Of a stretch of 64,000 bases of DNA, positions 28,825 through 38,139 are shown piece after piece. The translations under genes and the position numbers were made by a program. Position 1 is the first letter of the stretch; each line of letters starts with the position of its first letter. The DNA is from a virus: IMG/VR virus record IMGVR_UViG_3300028800_000076, positions 12,205 through 76,204 of that record; one strand, written 5' to 3'. The notes beneath the pieces were generated by a model, which was not told the DNA's origin, did not search any database, and was given only the letters and a program-made list of their open reading frames with translations.

Positions 28825-29507
28825 TCATGACAACCGCCCTCGCCAATAACGTATTTCTTGGTCTTGCGCTTCCTGGGAAGCGCAGCCAGGATTTCGGCTG
28901 GCGATTTGCCTTGGCTTCCAAGAGCCAAGATTATTGCGATGGTTTCTTCGGTAATAATGGCGCTAAATTCGGAACCGTCATCGATGTGTCGCCACGAACG
29001 ACCAGTGACGATACTGTTGACTGTGCCGTAGGCGAGTCCAAGGGACTTGGCCACCGCGACTTGCTGCTCGCCTTCCGTAACGCGGCGTTTAATCTCCCTT
29101 ACTTCATCTTCCGAAAGCTTTTTTCGCCAGCGGCCAGCGTGCACAGAATCACGGATGTTTTGTCTGTGCGAAAGCCATTCGAGGTTGCTGGCCGCGTTGT
29201 TCATCGGATCATGATCAATGTGGCTGGCGTCAGAAAGGTTTTCCGGGTTGGGAACGAAAGCAATCGCAACCAGTCGATGGACCAGGAATTGGCGCTCATT
29301 TCCATTCTTGGAAAGGACGACACACAGTCGGCCGCCTTGTCGGCCCCCGGCAAAGTTGGTGCTCGGCTTCAGAACGTGGCCATTCCGGCGAATGCTCCGA
29401 CCCCGGCCGTCCGTCACAATACGCTCGATGCTTCTTACACGGCCAAGGTCGCTAACTTCATACAGGCCTTCGTAGCCAACCACTGCACGCCATTCCTCAA
29501 GAAACAT
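28821..29507 (-). CDS. NUMOD4-HNH endonuclease with HTH, antisense within the capsid operon
   Basis: EEWRAVVGYEGLYEVSDLGRVRS, VHRLVAIAF, HIDHDPMNN..NLEW; own TTGACA-17-TACATA promoter at ~29569-29541. Confidence 0.9.
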   Translation of the reverse strand: MFLEEWRAVVGYEGLYEVSDLGRVRSIERIVTDGRGRSIRRNGHVLKPSTNFAGGRQGGRLCVVLSKNGNERQFLVHRLVAIAFVPNPENLSDASHIDHDPMNNAASNLEWLSHRQNIRDSVHAGRWRKKLSEDEVREIKRRVTEGEQQVAVAKSLGLAYGTVNSIVTGRSWRHIDDGSEFSAIITEETIAIILALGSQGKSPAEILAALPRKRKTKKYVIGEGGCHD

Positions 29508-29650
29508 TCTTATTCTCCATTCATGGAACCTAACAGGGTTTATGTAATGGATGCTAATAAGCTTGTCAATGGTCACCACAAATTCCTCTCAGGCGACTAT
29601 GATACTGCAAAAAATGCAGTTAAATCAGCGCCTTATTTGGGAGTACTATA

Positions 29651-30565
29651 ATGCCCGTAGCTCTTTCGCAAATCCGCGATTTGCTGCTCCCAGGCCTCTG
29701 GGGAATAAGCGGTAAGTATCCTATGATTGAGAGGCAGTGGCCAAAAGTTTTTCGGCAAACCGAATCCAACATGGCGCTCGAACGTCGCGCGGCCATGAGG
29801 TATCTCGGCTACGCGCAGCTTAAGCAGGAAGGCGCTCCGACTTCCTTCGATAACGCGGCTGGCCAGCGCTACATCTACAATGCAGAGCACTTTGAAATTG
29901 CTCTCGGCTATGCCATCACCCGTAAGGCCATCGACGACAACCTCTATAAGTCAGAGTTTGGTCCCAATAACGACGGCCTGATGGAGAGCTTCAAGGAGAC
30001 GGAGGAGCTTTACGCTGCCAACGTCTTCAATCAGGGCTCGACTTATAATCCGGCTATCGGCGGCGACGGCGTGGCGCTCTTTAGCACCTCGCATCCGACT
30101 GATGCGGCCACCATCTCCAACATCGCATCTCCGGCCGTGGGTCTGAACGAGACCTCACTGCTCAATGCGCTCATCACCATCCGCACCACTTGGCTTGATA
30201 ACGCGGGCCTCAAGATTCACGCCCGTGGCCGCAAGGCTGTGGTGCCTCCGAATCTGGAGCCGATTGCGCTGCGACTGTTCCGCAGCGAGTTGCGCCCCGG
30301 CACGGCCAACAACGATGTGAACGCCATTCTGGGCATGAACGAATCCCTCAAGGAGGGATTCCTGACATGGGACTATCTCACGTCGTCCTTTGGTTGGTTC
30401 GTTCTTACCAATCATGAAGGCCTGATCTTCTTCAACCGCAAGCCGTATGAGACGGATATGTCGGTTGAGTTTACGACTGACAATCTTCTGGTGAAGGGCT
30501 ATCAGCGATACGTGCCGACCTACTATGATTGGCGCGCGGCCTGGGCTTCTTACGCCACGTCGTAA
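29651..30565 (+). CDS. major capsid protein (Mu gpT-like, HK97 fold)
   Basis: LLPGL, ALGYAIT...DDNLY, GDGVALFSTSHP, VVPPNL, WFVLT, DWR. Confidence 0.88.
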   Translation: MPVALSQIRDLLLPGLWGISGKYPMIERQWPKVFRQTESNMALERRAAMRYLGYAQLKQEGAPTSFDNAAGQRYIYNAEHFEIALGYAITRKAIDDNLYKSEFGPNNDGLMESFKETEELYAANVFNQGSTYNPAIGGDGVALFSTSHPTDAATISNIASPAVGLNETSLLNALITIRTTWLDNAGLKIHARGRKAVVPPNLEPIALRLFRSELRPGTANNDVNAILGMNESLKEGFLTWDYLTSSFGWFVLTNHEGLIFFNRKPYETDMSVEFTTDNLLVKGYQRYVPTYYDWRAAWASYATS

Positions 30566-30591
30566 TAGGAATAGCGGCTGGAGACCAATAG

Positions 30592-31578
30592 ATGACGATT
30601 AGTGCATGGACTGGCCCAGTAGTCAGCTTTGGTACTGTCCTTAATTCCACCAATGGCCTGACGGGCACGAGTGCGGATAACAATCCGCAGAATGGCCCGT
30701 CCATGTTCGCTAATGGCGGGGCGCTTCTCGATCCGCGTGCTGCCTACCAGTATTTCCCTGGCGCGGGCATCTCGACGCCGGTCTATGGGTTTATGTACGG
30801 CGATGCGACGGTGGACTATGCTCCGTCTTCGGCCTCGTCCAATGCCTTTGCGGTTAGCTCTGCAACCCAGCCCGGCGCTAGCTCTGCGATCACGCTCACG
30901 CCCTCGGCGGCCAAGGGCACATTTCTCACCACCATTGTGGCTCCTGAGAATGGCCAGACTGTTTCCGTTATCGCCATCGACTCGACGGCCGCATTCCTGA
31001 GCTTTGGTTCAGACGCCAACGTGCGCGTTTGGAACCCGACCGCAGGCACGGGCCGCTGTATCTCCATCACCACGTCTTCGTCTGGTGACCAAGGAAGCTG
31101 GACTATCGCTGGCCGCGATATGTACGGCTATAAGATGACTGAAGTGATCGCCACGTCGAGCGTCACCTTCACCACCCAGAAGGCCTTCAAGTATCTGAAT
31201 GCCAATGGCGCGATTACGGCCTCTTCGGTTGTCACCAGCACGGGTGTTAGCGTCGGTCTATCCGATACCTATGGCATGCCATTCCGTGTGAACCATGCAG
31301 GTGTTGTGAACCTCCTTCTGGCGATGTCGTCTGGAGCGGGCGGCGGCTTGCTCCTGACAACGGTAGCCCCGACTTCTGGTAACCTCGTCTTCGGCTCGAC
31401 TGCTCTCACGGCCACTGCGACAACTGCCGATCCGCGCGGCACCTGGGCCTCTTCGCTGGCGTCCGGTAGCTCGAATCGCATGCAAATCCAGGTGACGCCG
31501 ACTGCGGCGGCCCTGGCCTCGATGACCAGCAGCAACATGCAGCCGTTGTTCGGCTATCCACAATTCTCTTCGGTCTAA
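30592..31578 (+). CDS. Ser/Thr-rich virion protein
   Basis: Follows the MCP; GRDMYGYKMTEVI...KAFKY, ADPRGT. Confidence 0.75.
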   Translation: MTISAWTGPVVSFGTVLNSTNGLTGTSADNNPQNGPSMFANGGALLDPRAAYQYFPGAGISTPVYGFMYGDATVDYAPSSASSNAFAVSSATQPGASSAITLTPSAAKGTFLTTIVAPENGQTVSVIAIDSTAAFLSFGSDANVRVWNPTAGTGRCISITTSSSGDQGSWTIAGRDMYGYKMTEVIATSSVTFTTQKAFKYLNANGAITASSVVTSTGVSVGLSDTYGMPFRVNHAGVVNLLLAMSSGAGGGLLLTTVAPTSGNLVFGSTALTATATTADPRGTWASSLASGSSNRMQIQVTPTAAALASMTSSNMQPLFGYPQFSSV

Positions 31579-31592
31579 GGAGCACCTAGACA

Positions 31593-31829
31593 ATGGCCAA
31601 TCGTCACAAGATGGCTCGCAAGAGCGGTGGCAAGGTTTACTACGATGGCGGGTCTTCCAAGGTCGCCAAGGAAGCCAGCGAGCGCAAAGACGGTGGCTCG
31701 GTCAAGCGCGCCGAAGGCGGCAAGGTCCCAGCCAAGGCAGCGGGCGGCCGTCTGGACAAGCGTGCTCGCGGCGGACGCACAGGCGCGGACAAGAGTCCAT
31801 TCTCTTCGGCGGCCCTCAAAAAGGGGTAA
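31593..31829 (+). CDS. small basic protein with six GG motifs; -1 frameshift extension to 32011
   Basis: AAGGAG SD; ends in A_AAG_GGG_TAA followed by a stem-loop/pseudoknot. Confidence 0.75.
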   Translation: MANRHKMARKSGGKVYYDGGSSKVAKEASERKDGGSVKRAEGGKVPAKAAGGRLDKRARGGRTGADKSPFSSAALKKG

Positions 31830-31885
31830 CAGCGTTCGCGAGCGGGGGCTGGATCGCGGGCGCGGTGAAGCACAAGGGAGCCCTC
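31820..31885 (+). promoter_or_regulatory. -1 ribosomal frameshift signal (slippery heptamer plus H-type pseudoknot)
   Basis: AAAGGGG 31820-26; 5-nt spacer; stem 31832-41/31854-63; loop GGGGGCT pairs with AGCCCTC 31879-85. Confidence 0.65.
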
Positions 31886-32015
31886 AGGCAGGCCGCGCAT
31901 CGTGCCGGAGAGAGCACGCACGAGTTTGCAGAGACTCACAAGAATGCTCCAGGGACTCTAGGACGCAGAGCTAGATTGGCCCTCACTCTCTCAAAGCTGA
32001 GGAACCGCTGATCCC

Positions 32016-32465
32016 ATGAGCTTCCCCTACCTTCAGCGCAGCATCGCGGTCGGCACATCCTCCACAAACGCCTATGCGGCCAACCAAACCATTGGGGGGC
32101 TGAATCAGATTCAGAACGTGCCATCCGGCATGTTCATCCAGGCTGTAACCATCACCACGAAGTCGTGCAACACCGGCCAGATGGACTTCCTGCCGTTCAA
32201 TTCCTCGATGCCCAATACGACCTTTAGCGATCACAGTTCGATTGCGATTTCATCACAGGATGTTGGTTCGGTGATGTCGCCCATCCACATTACCGACTGG
32301 ACTGCGCTGGGCACGCCATATGTGGGGACAGCCAATGGGCTGGCCTATGTCTATCAGGTGCCATCCAATGCACCGCCATCCCTCTATTTTGCGCTGGTGA
32401 CACGCGGCACGCCTACCCTTGCTTCTTCAGCCGACGTGCAGGTGACTGTCACCTTTGTGAGCTAG
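32016..32465 (+). CDS. virion structural protein (possible head-spike base)
   Basis: Beta-strand-like S/T-rich sequence upstream of the fibre gene. Confidence 0.65.
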   Translation: MSFPYLQRSIAVGTSSTNAYAANQTIGGLNQIQNVPSGMFIQAVTITTKSCNTGQMDFLPFNSSMPNTTFSDHSSIAISSQDVGSVMSPIHITDWTALGTPYVGTANGLAYVYQVPSNAPPSLYFALVTRGTPTLASSADVQVTVTFVS

Positions 32466-32471
32466 CCTCAC

Positions 32472-35174
32472 ATGCGCGGGATCATGTTTCCCCCACTTCA
32501 GGGTTTCGGATATCTGCCACAACTGGCGAGGAGCGGGATTCCTAATTGGGTTGTGGCCCGGTATGGTAGCGTCGGCATTCCGAATATTGCCGCCGATTTT
32601 GTAAATGATCGATACTGGGTCAGCGGGATAGGCTCTGTAAGTCTTACACAGCTTTTATCGGTCACGAGAGCCTCTCCAGAGACCGCGACTGATTCCTCCG
32701 GCAACGTGTTCTCGTTCGCGAACAATGTGGCCGCGCGCACGAACCTGGGCCTCGGCGTCTGGGAGGGCCGCACCAACAGCGTCCCCACGTCGGACATGAC
32801 GGGGGCGGTGGCGATCGACAACGCGCTGACGAACGGGTTCTTCAACAGCCCGAGCGGCGCGGGTAGCGGGTGGACGCCCTTCGTGGGCGGAAGCGGGTCA
32901 GTCACGTTCACGACCGGGCAGGTCAGCATCGTCGGTGACGGCACCAACAACTCAGGAATTGATCAGCAGTTCACCACCGTCAACGGTCAAGTCTACGAGC
33001 TGAATTACACGCTCGCTCCGGGCTCGATGAATGTGTCGGTCGGGACCACTCAGGGCGGAACGCAGTACGGCACACCAGGCACCTCGACCGGACAAAATAT
33101 TTTCAGGTTCACGGCCACCGGAACGACGGCTTGGCTCCGGTTCTATCGAAGCGTCAACGCCGTCAACGCGGCCATCAGCGCCGTCAGCGTCCAGGCCGAG
33201 CTTGTCACCAACGGCGACTTCGCGTCGAACCCGATCAACGCATCGCAGAACACCACGTCGAACGGCTGGCAGTGGAATGCTGGCGGCACGTCTGCGCCGA
33301 CCTATAACAGCGGCGCTCAGAACGTCACCTTGACCAGTGATGCTGGTGGCGATGCGGTCAACTTCAACACTATCCTCTTTGCGACGGTCGTGGGGGTGAC
33401 ATACACGATCCATCTTGACGCGACGCTTAGCGGCGGCGCATTCACAATGCGCGCCGGGACGTCCATTGGCGGCAATCAGCTTTTGAACTCGACCGGTAAT
33501 ACATCGGGGACGAACAAGCAGTTTCAGTTCACTGCGACCACGACGACTTCCGGCATTAGCATTGTCTTTGGCGCCGCGTCACAGACGATGCTGATCGACA
33601 ACGTGTCCGTGCAGAGCGCGGGCAAGCTGCCGAACAACTGGACGAGTTTCCCGGTCCCTGGAACGATCAGGACTGTTGTCGGGGTGGGGACGGACAGCGG
33701 CTTTACAACAATCGATGTTCGTGACAGCGGCACGCCGACCGCAAGTTCTCAGGCGCTCATGGGCGTTGCCTCTAACGGTTCTATCGCCATGAGTGTCGGT
33801 CAAGTTTGGACCCTCAGCGGCTATGAAAGATTGGTGGGTGGCTCTTACACTAACGTCACATCGCCAGTGTTTTCGGCTCAAGCGCAGAACAGCGGCGGAA
33901 CGTTCACCGAGTCGTTCATTACCACCAATGCGGTAGCGACATCTGCGGCCTTGGGGACGCAGAGATTTAGCGCCACAAACGCTCTGGCCGTCATAACGTC
34001 CGCATTCAATCGCGGGCCATTCTACGCCTATAACACTACGAACGGCAGCGCGATTGACATAACGCTTCGTCTTGCTGCCCCGCAGCTTGAACTCAACCCC
34101 TCGACCCAGGCGCTGACCGCGCCGACGACGGCGGGCGGCTCGCCGGGCACGCCGGGCACGTTACCGACGACGAGCGGCAACTCGTGGTCGGACAACTACG
34201 TTGCGGCGGGCATCCCCACACGCACGCTCGCGTTCGCGACGCACGGCGGTCAGAGCGTGATGGATGCAACCTATTCCGGGGCGGTGACGAACCCGCCCGG
34301 GCTATTCGTGCTGCCGAACCCTGACGGCTTCACCGGACCGGCCGTAAGCCCCGGTGAGCAGGTCGTTGCCAGCGTCTATTATCAGACCGTCACTGACGAC
34401 GCGCACATAACGTCCGTGGCGCTCGAAATGCTGTTCTTGAACGGCAGCAATGTGCAGCAGGGCAGCACCGCCAGCGTCTCGATCAATAAGGCGACCGGGT
34501 CCGTGACGCAGTACAGCGTGAGCGCGACGGCCCCAGCCAACACGACCAAAGCGATCATTCGCCTCAACCATGCGACGGCGGCAGGTTCCTATACGCTGGC
34601 CTACGAAGCCTACATCGGCCCGTGGTCCCTCACTCCCAATCGCGGCATGGCGACGCCGTGGATCAGCACCACGAGCGGCGCGGTGGCGAGGGTTGTGGAT
34701 GTGATTAGTGTCAATTCAACTTTTGTTCCTCAATTTGGTGCCAGCAACACCGGCTATTATGCAGGAACACCTGCCTCGCCAATCGCATATTCTAATTTCC
34801 AGGCCGGACTGGAGCTTGACGACAACTCACTGAACAATCGTACTTCGGTTTCCCGCGCAGCCAGTTCTGGGCAACCGTTTGCAGTCTATCGTTCTGCTGG
34901 GAGCGTGGTTTTTAACACGACTGTGACGGGCGGCCCCTGGGCACAAAATGTTGCCGGTAAGACCGCGTTTGCTTACGCAGTTTCTGACCAAGCAGCATCG
35001 TTTAACGGTAATTCAGTCACAACGAACAATTCGGCTTTGGTGATTTCTGGGTTGAACACTATTCATGTGGGAACCGACACAGGTGCCTCTCCTTGGAATG
35101 GTCCTATTACCGAGTTCGCTGTCTGGGCCACTAGGCGGTTAGCGAACAGCGCTCTACAGGTTCTTACCACATGA
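32472..35174 (+). CDS. head-spike/fibre receptor-binding protein with inserted carbohydrate-binding-like modules
   Basis: SVTRAS...D.SG...GLGVWEGRTN and PQLE...TPWISTT..AVAR..D frame; repeated LTNGFF/LVTNGDF modules; LamG-like C-terminus. Confidence 0.7.
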   Translation: MRGIMFPPLQGFGYLPQLARSGIPNWVVARYGSVGIPNIAADFVNDRYWVSGIGSVSLTQLLSVTRASPETATDSSGNVFSFANNVAARTNLGLGVWEGRTNSVPTSDMTGAVAIDNALTNGFFNSPSGAGSGWTPFVGGSGSVTFTTGQVSIVGDGTNNSGIDQQFTTVNGQVYELNYTLAPGSMNVSVGTTQGGTQYGTPGTSTGQNIFRFTATGTTAWLRFYRSVNAVNAAISAVSVQAELVTNGDFASNPINASQNTTSNGWQWNAGGTSAPTYNSGAQNVTLTSDAGGDAVNFNTILFATVVGVTYTIHLDATLSGGAFTMRAGTSIGGNQLLNSTGNTSGTNKQFQFTATTTTSGISIVFGAASQTMLIDNVSVQSAGKLPNNWTSFPVPGTIRTVVGVGTDSGFTTIDVRDSGTPTASSQALMGVASNGSIAMSVGQVWTLSGYERLVGGSYTNVTSPVFSAQAQNSGGTFTESFITTNAVATSAALGTQRFSATNALAVITSAFNRGPFYAYNTTNGSAIDITLRLAAPQLELNPSTQALTAPTTAGGSPGTPGTLPTTSGNSWSDNYVAAGIPTRTLAFATHGGQSVMDATYSGAVTNPPGLFVLPNPDGFTGPAVSPGEQVVASVYYQTVTDDAHITSVALEMLFLNGSNVQQGSTASVSINKATGSVTQYSVSATAPANTTKAIIRLNHATAAGSYTLAYEAYIGPWSLTPNRGMATPWISTTSGAVARVVDVISVNSTFVPQFGASNTGYYAGTPASPIAYSNFQAGLELDDNSLNNRTSVSRAASSGQPFAVYRSAGSVVFNTTVTGGPWAQNVAGKTAFAYAVSDQAASFNGNSVTTNNSALVISGLNTIHVGTDTGASPWNGPITEFAVWATRRLANSALQVLTT

Positions 35175-35455
35175 TAGACCTTCACCCGGCCCCGATATTG
35201 GCTGCCTATCAATCAGCCCCGTCAAACTATGATTATCCCTATGCTGGAATGGTGATCGAGTTCACAGACACGGCTGAGAATGTTGAGCATCATTGCGGGA
35301 AGAATGCGGGAGCCTGCACGCTGATACTGCCGAATTTCAGAGGAGATAAGTGTTATATCCTGTTGCCGTTCGTGGGCCGTGGCGGGGTATCCCTCGCCAC
35401 CCAGGAATTGCTTCGCCATCACGAGGTGGCCCACTGTAATGGGTGGAGGCATTGA
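35171..35455 (+). CDS. small protein with HExxH motif
   Basis: LLRHHEVAHCNGW. Confidence 0.6.
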   Translation: MIDLHPAPILAAYQSAPSNYDYPYAGMVIEFTDTAENVEHHCGKNAGACTLILPNFRGDKCYILLPFVGRGGVSLATQELLRHHEVAHCNGWRH

Positions 35456-35848
35456 GTGGCTGTCAATTATAGCCAGACTGCAATCAACGACCGGCTTTTG
35501 GGGGTTATTGCGGCCATTGATGGGGGCGCGACCAACGGGAGCCTGTTACTGATGGCGGGCTCCATATTGGTATCCACAATTCAATTGGCTAGACCTTGCG
35601 GGACTGTGAACGGCGGGGTACTAACCTTTGCGGGTACTCCGCTCCTGGACCCCTCGGCCGCAGCGACTGGAAACGTGGATAGCGCCATCATTCAAGACGG
35701 GAATGGTTCCACCATGGTCTCCGGCCTGACCGTGGGCATCCCCCTTTCAGCCAGCGTCGATATCGTCATCAGCAACGGCCTGAACAGCACCCTGGTTACG
35801 GCAGGCCAGACCGTCGAGCTTCTTGCAGCACAAATAACGGGATCGTAA
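35456..35848 (+). CDS. virion structural protein
   Basis: Beta-rich; TAATG coupling to the next gene. Confidence 0.65.
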   Translation: MAVNYSQTAINDRLLGVIAAIDGGATNGSLLLMAGSILVSTIQLARPCGTVNGGVLTFAGTPLLDPSAAATGNVDSAIIQDGNGSTMVSGLTVGIPLSASVDIVISNGLNSTLVTAGQTVELLAAQITGS

Positions 35849-36729
35849 TGGCAAAACTGACCGAAACCTTTAATGATCGCGCTCGTGCCAATGGTGGCAT
35901 GATCCACATTGAGCCGCCGCATGAACCCCTGACCAATGAACCGTACCCCCCGCTTGTATCGGTTACAGCCGGGCTGATAACTCCCCAGCCAGTTCCGGAA
36001 GCCAAGCCACAAGAGCTTAAGGTGGCGCTGATCGGGACTGCGCCCTCCTCGCGGCTCCTGGCCCCCTTCAACGACAACTCCTGGCAAATCTGGGCCTGCT
36101 CGCCGGGCAACATGAACACCATCCCCAGGTGGGATGTCTGGTTCGAGCTTCACGGCAATCTGCTCTGGGAAGAGAACAAGGGCTATGGCGAGCCTTATAT
36201 CAACTGGCTCAAAACCCATAGAACGCCGGTCTATATGCAAGACCAGCGTTATTGTCCCAATGCCTCGACCTTTCCCATGAAGGAGATGGTCCAGGAGTTC
36301 GGTAGGGACTTCTTCACGTCAAGCTTTGCCTGGATGATGGCCTTCGCCATCCACAAAGGGGCCAAGGAGATCGCCATGTATGGCATCGATATGGCGTCCC
36401 GTGACGAATACATCCTTCAGCGGCCCGGCTTCTACTTCTTCCGGCACCTCGCCCAGCAGCGCGGCATTAAGGTGTCAGCGCCTCATGAATCTGATATTAT
36501 GCAGTCGCCTGGGCTTTATGGTTATTCGGACGTGACCCCGATGGGCCGTAAAATCCTGGCGCGCGAGCAAGAGATCAACAAGAGGCGGGACGGCATGCGG
36601 GCCGAGCTTCAGCGTCTTCAGCAGAACCTGACCTATCTCGATGGTGCCTCGGAAGACATCGACTATTTTAAGAGTATCTGGATGGGCCAAGGGTCCGCCG
36701 TGCCCGAAGGGGGGCTAAACAATGGCTAA
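35848..36729 (+). CDS. putative CMP-nonulosonate transferase (Maf/GT42/GT29-like fold)
   Basis: KVALIGTAPSS...QIWACS...DVWFELH resembles sialylmotif-L / IxGxGPS; FTSSFAWMMAFAIHKGAKEIAMYGIDM resembles sialylmotif-S / GxxEIxLxGxD. Confidence 0.65.
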   Translation: MAKLTETFNDRARANGGMIHIEPPHEPLTNEPYPPLVSVTAGLITPQPVPEAKPQELKVALIGTAPSSRLLAPFNDNSWQIWACSPGNMNTIPRWDVWFELHGNLLWEENKGYGEPYINWLKTHRTPVYMQDQRYCPNASTFPMKEMVQEFGRDFFTSSFAWMMAFAIHKGAKEIAMYGIDMASRDEYILQRPGFYFFRHLAQQRGIKVSAPHESDIMQSPGLYGYSDVTPMGRKILAREQEINKRRDGMRAELQRLQQNLTYLDGASEDIDYFKSIWMGQGSAVPEGGLNNG

Positions 36730-37255
36730 CTTTGCTGTCGCCAATTCGACCACTGCTGGCCTTGGTAGCTCGCAGGCTCCGCTCACCACCACCTACAAGA
36801 CCATCTGCTGCATTGCAGCCTCCTCGCAGGCCAATACGACGGGCGGCTCGATGCTCCGTCGAGGCAAGCTCTACGACATCCTGGTAGGCACCAACGGTAC
36901 GCCAGCCGATAACTATGTGGAGTACCGGGTTTCTCGTGCCACGGTCTCGACCTCCTCGGGAGCCTGGGCAGGCGCGCTTTCCAGCGTCTCCAGCGGCATC
37001 ACCCTGGATCAGGCTGATATCTCGGCGGCGGGCCTCATCGCAGTCAACAGTTCCGCTGAGACCCAGGTCACGCTCACCAGCGTGGGTGATCTTTGGTATG
37101 TGGGTGTTAACCAGCGCGCCTCCTATCGCTGGGTTGCGGCCCCTGGCTCTGAGTTTGTCTACCCTGCCACCTCCAGCAACGGTCTGGTGCTTCAGGCGCG
37201 CTCGGGTGGCTATACCGGCACGGTGACTGGCACCATTCTCTTCACTGAGCAGTAA
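36722..37255 (+). CDS. Ser/Thr-rich virion protein
   Basis: Beta-rich; NQRASYRWVAAPGSE. Confidence 0.65.
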   Translation: MANFAVANSTTAGLGSSQAPLTTTYKTICCIAASSQANTTGGSMLRRGKLYDILVGTNGTPADNYVEYRVSRATVSTSSGAWAGALSSVSSGITLDQADISAAGLIAVNSSAETQVTLTSVGDLWYVGVNQRASYRWVAAPGSEFVYPATSSNGLVLQARSGGYTGTVTGTILFTEQ

Positions 37256-37560
37256 TGCGCAAGCCGCAGGGATACGCTGTCATTGTTACGCCTGAGGATG
37301 CTCAGGTTAACTTTGATGGTCTTCGCTGTGAGAATATCCAGGCAGGTTCTTTCGAGGTAGAAACAGTTTCTTGCGGCCATTGTGGACGGGTGATCCATGT
37401 GCGCCCCAGAATGGACCCGGCTGACATGGGTGGCCTCTGCAAGCAGTGCTACCGCTTCGAATGTCCATCATGCGTAGGGAAAGGCTGCTCTCCCCTGGAG
37501 AAAAAGCTGGAGGCCATGGAGAAGAAGCAGGTGGCGCTGCGATCTTATGGCCTGGACTAA
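37255..37560 (+). CDS. Cys-rich Zn-binding protein
   Basis: CGHC, CKQC, CPSC...C. Confidence 0.65.
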   Translation: MRKPQGYAVIVTPEDAQVNFDGLRCENIQAGSFEVETVSCGHCGRVIHVRPRMDPADMGGLCKQCYRFECPSCVGKGCSPLEKKLEAMEKKQVALRSYGLD

Positions 37561-37569
37561 GAGGATGGC

Positions 37570-38139
37570 GTGGAAGACGCAGGCACGAGAGAGATTTACC
37601 AGCACAGCGCGCCTCTCTCGTATGTAACGCAGAGAGTTCCTCTCTTTATCACGACTTCGACTGCTAACCTCAACGCCAATAATGCAGGATTTGCAGGCTT
37701 TAATGTCAGGCAAGGCGTGCCTGCTTCGTCTTTTGCTACAAACGGCACTCCGATACGCTTAACACTGACGCCCCCATCTGCGGGGACTTCCACTGTTATT
37801 GGAGGATTATGGGTTGGAACGACGACCTCATTCCCGGACTTTTCAGCAGCCCCCACTCAGGTTCTTTTTTCCGGAAGCTCCACGGTAACCCTGACAGCAG
37901 GTGGCGCTGTTGTGGTGTCCGATTCAATCGGAATTACCTTGCAGTCGTCTCTGCAATTTATGGCATCCTTCGCCATAACCTCTGGTGATATCCGGTTTAA
38001 CACTGGCGGCCAGTCAAGTTGGACGAATTATTTCCATTCTTTGGCTTCTAGCCAATCCAGCAACACCCTCAATCCAGGCTCCGGAACCATTCAGAATAAC
38101 TCTGCCGGTATTATCAGCCTTATCCAAGCGATGGGTTGA
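37570..38139 (+). CDS. Ser/Thr-rich structural protein
   Basis: Very few charged residues; many S/T. Confidence 0.55.
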   Translation: MEDAGTREIYQHSAPLSYVTQRVPLFITTSTANLNANNAGFAGFNVRQGVPASSFATNGTPIRLTLTPPSAGTSTVIGGLWVGTTTSFPDFSAAPTQVLFSGSSTVTLTAGGAVVVSDSIGITLQSSLQFMASFAITSGDIRFNTGGQSSWTNYFHSLASSQSSNTLNPGSGTIQNNSAGIISLIQAMG

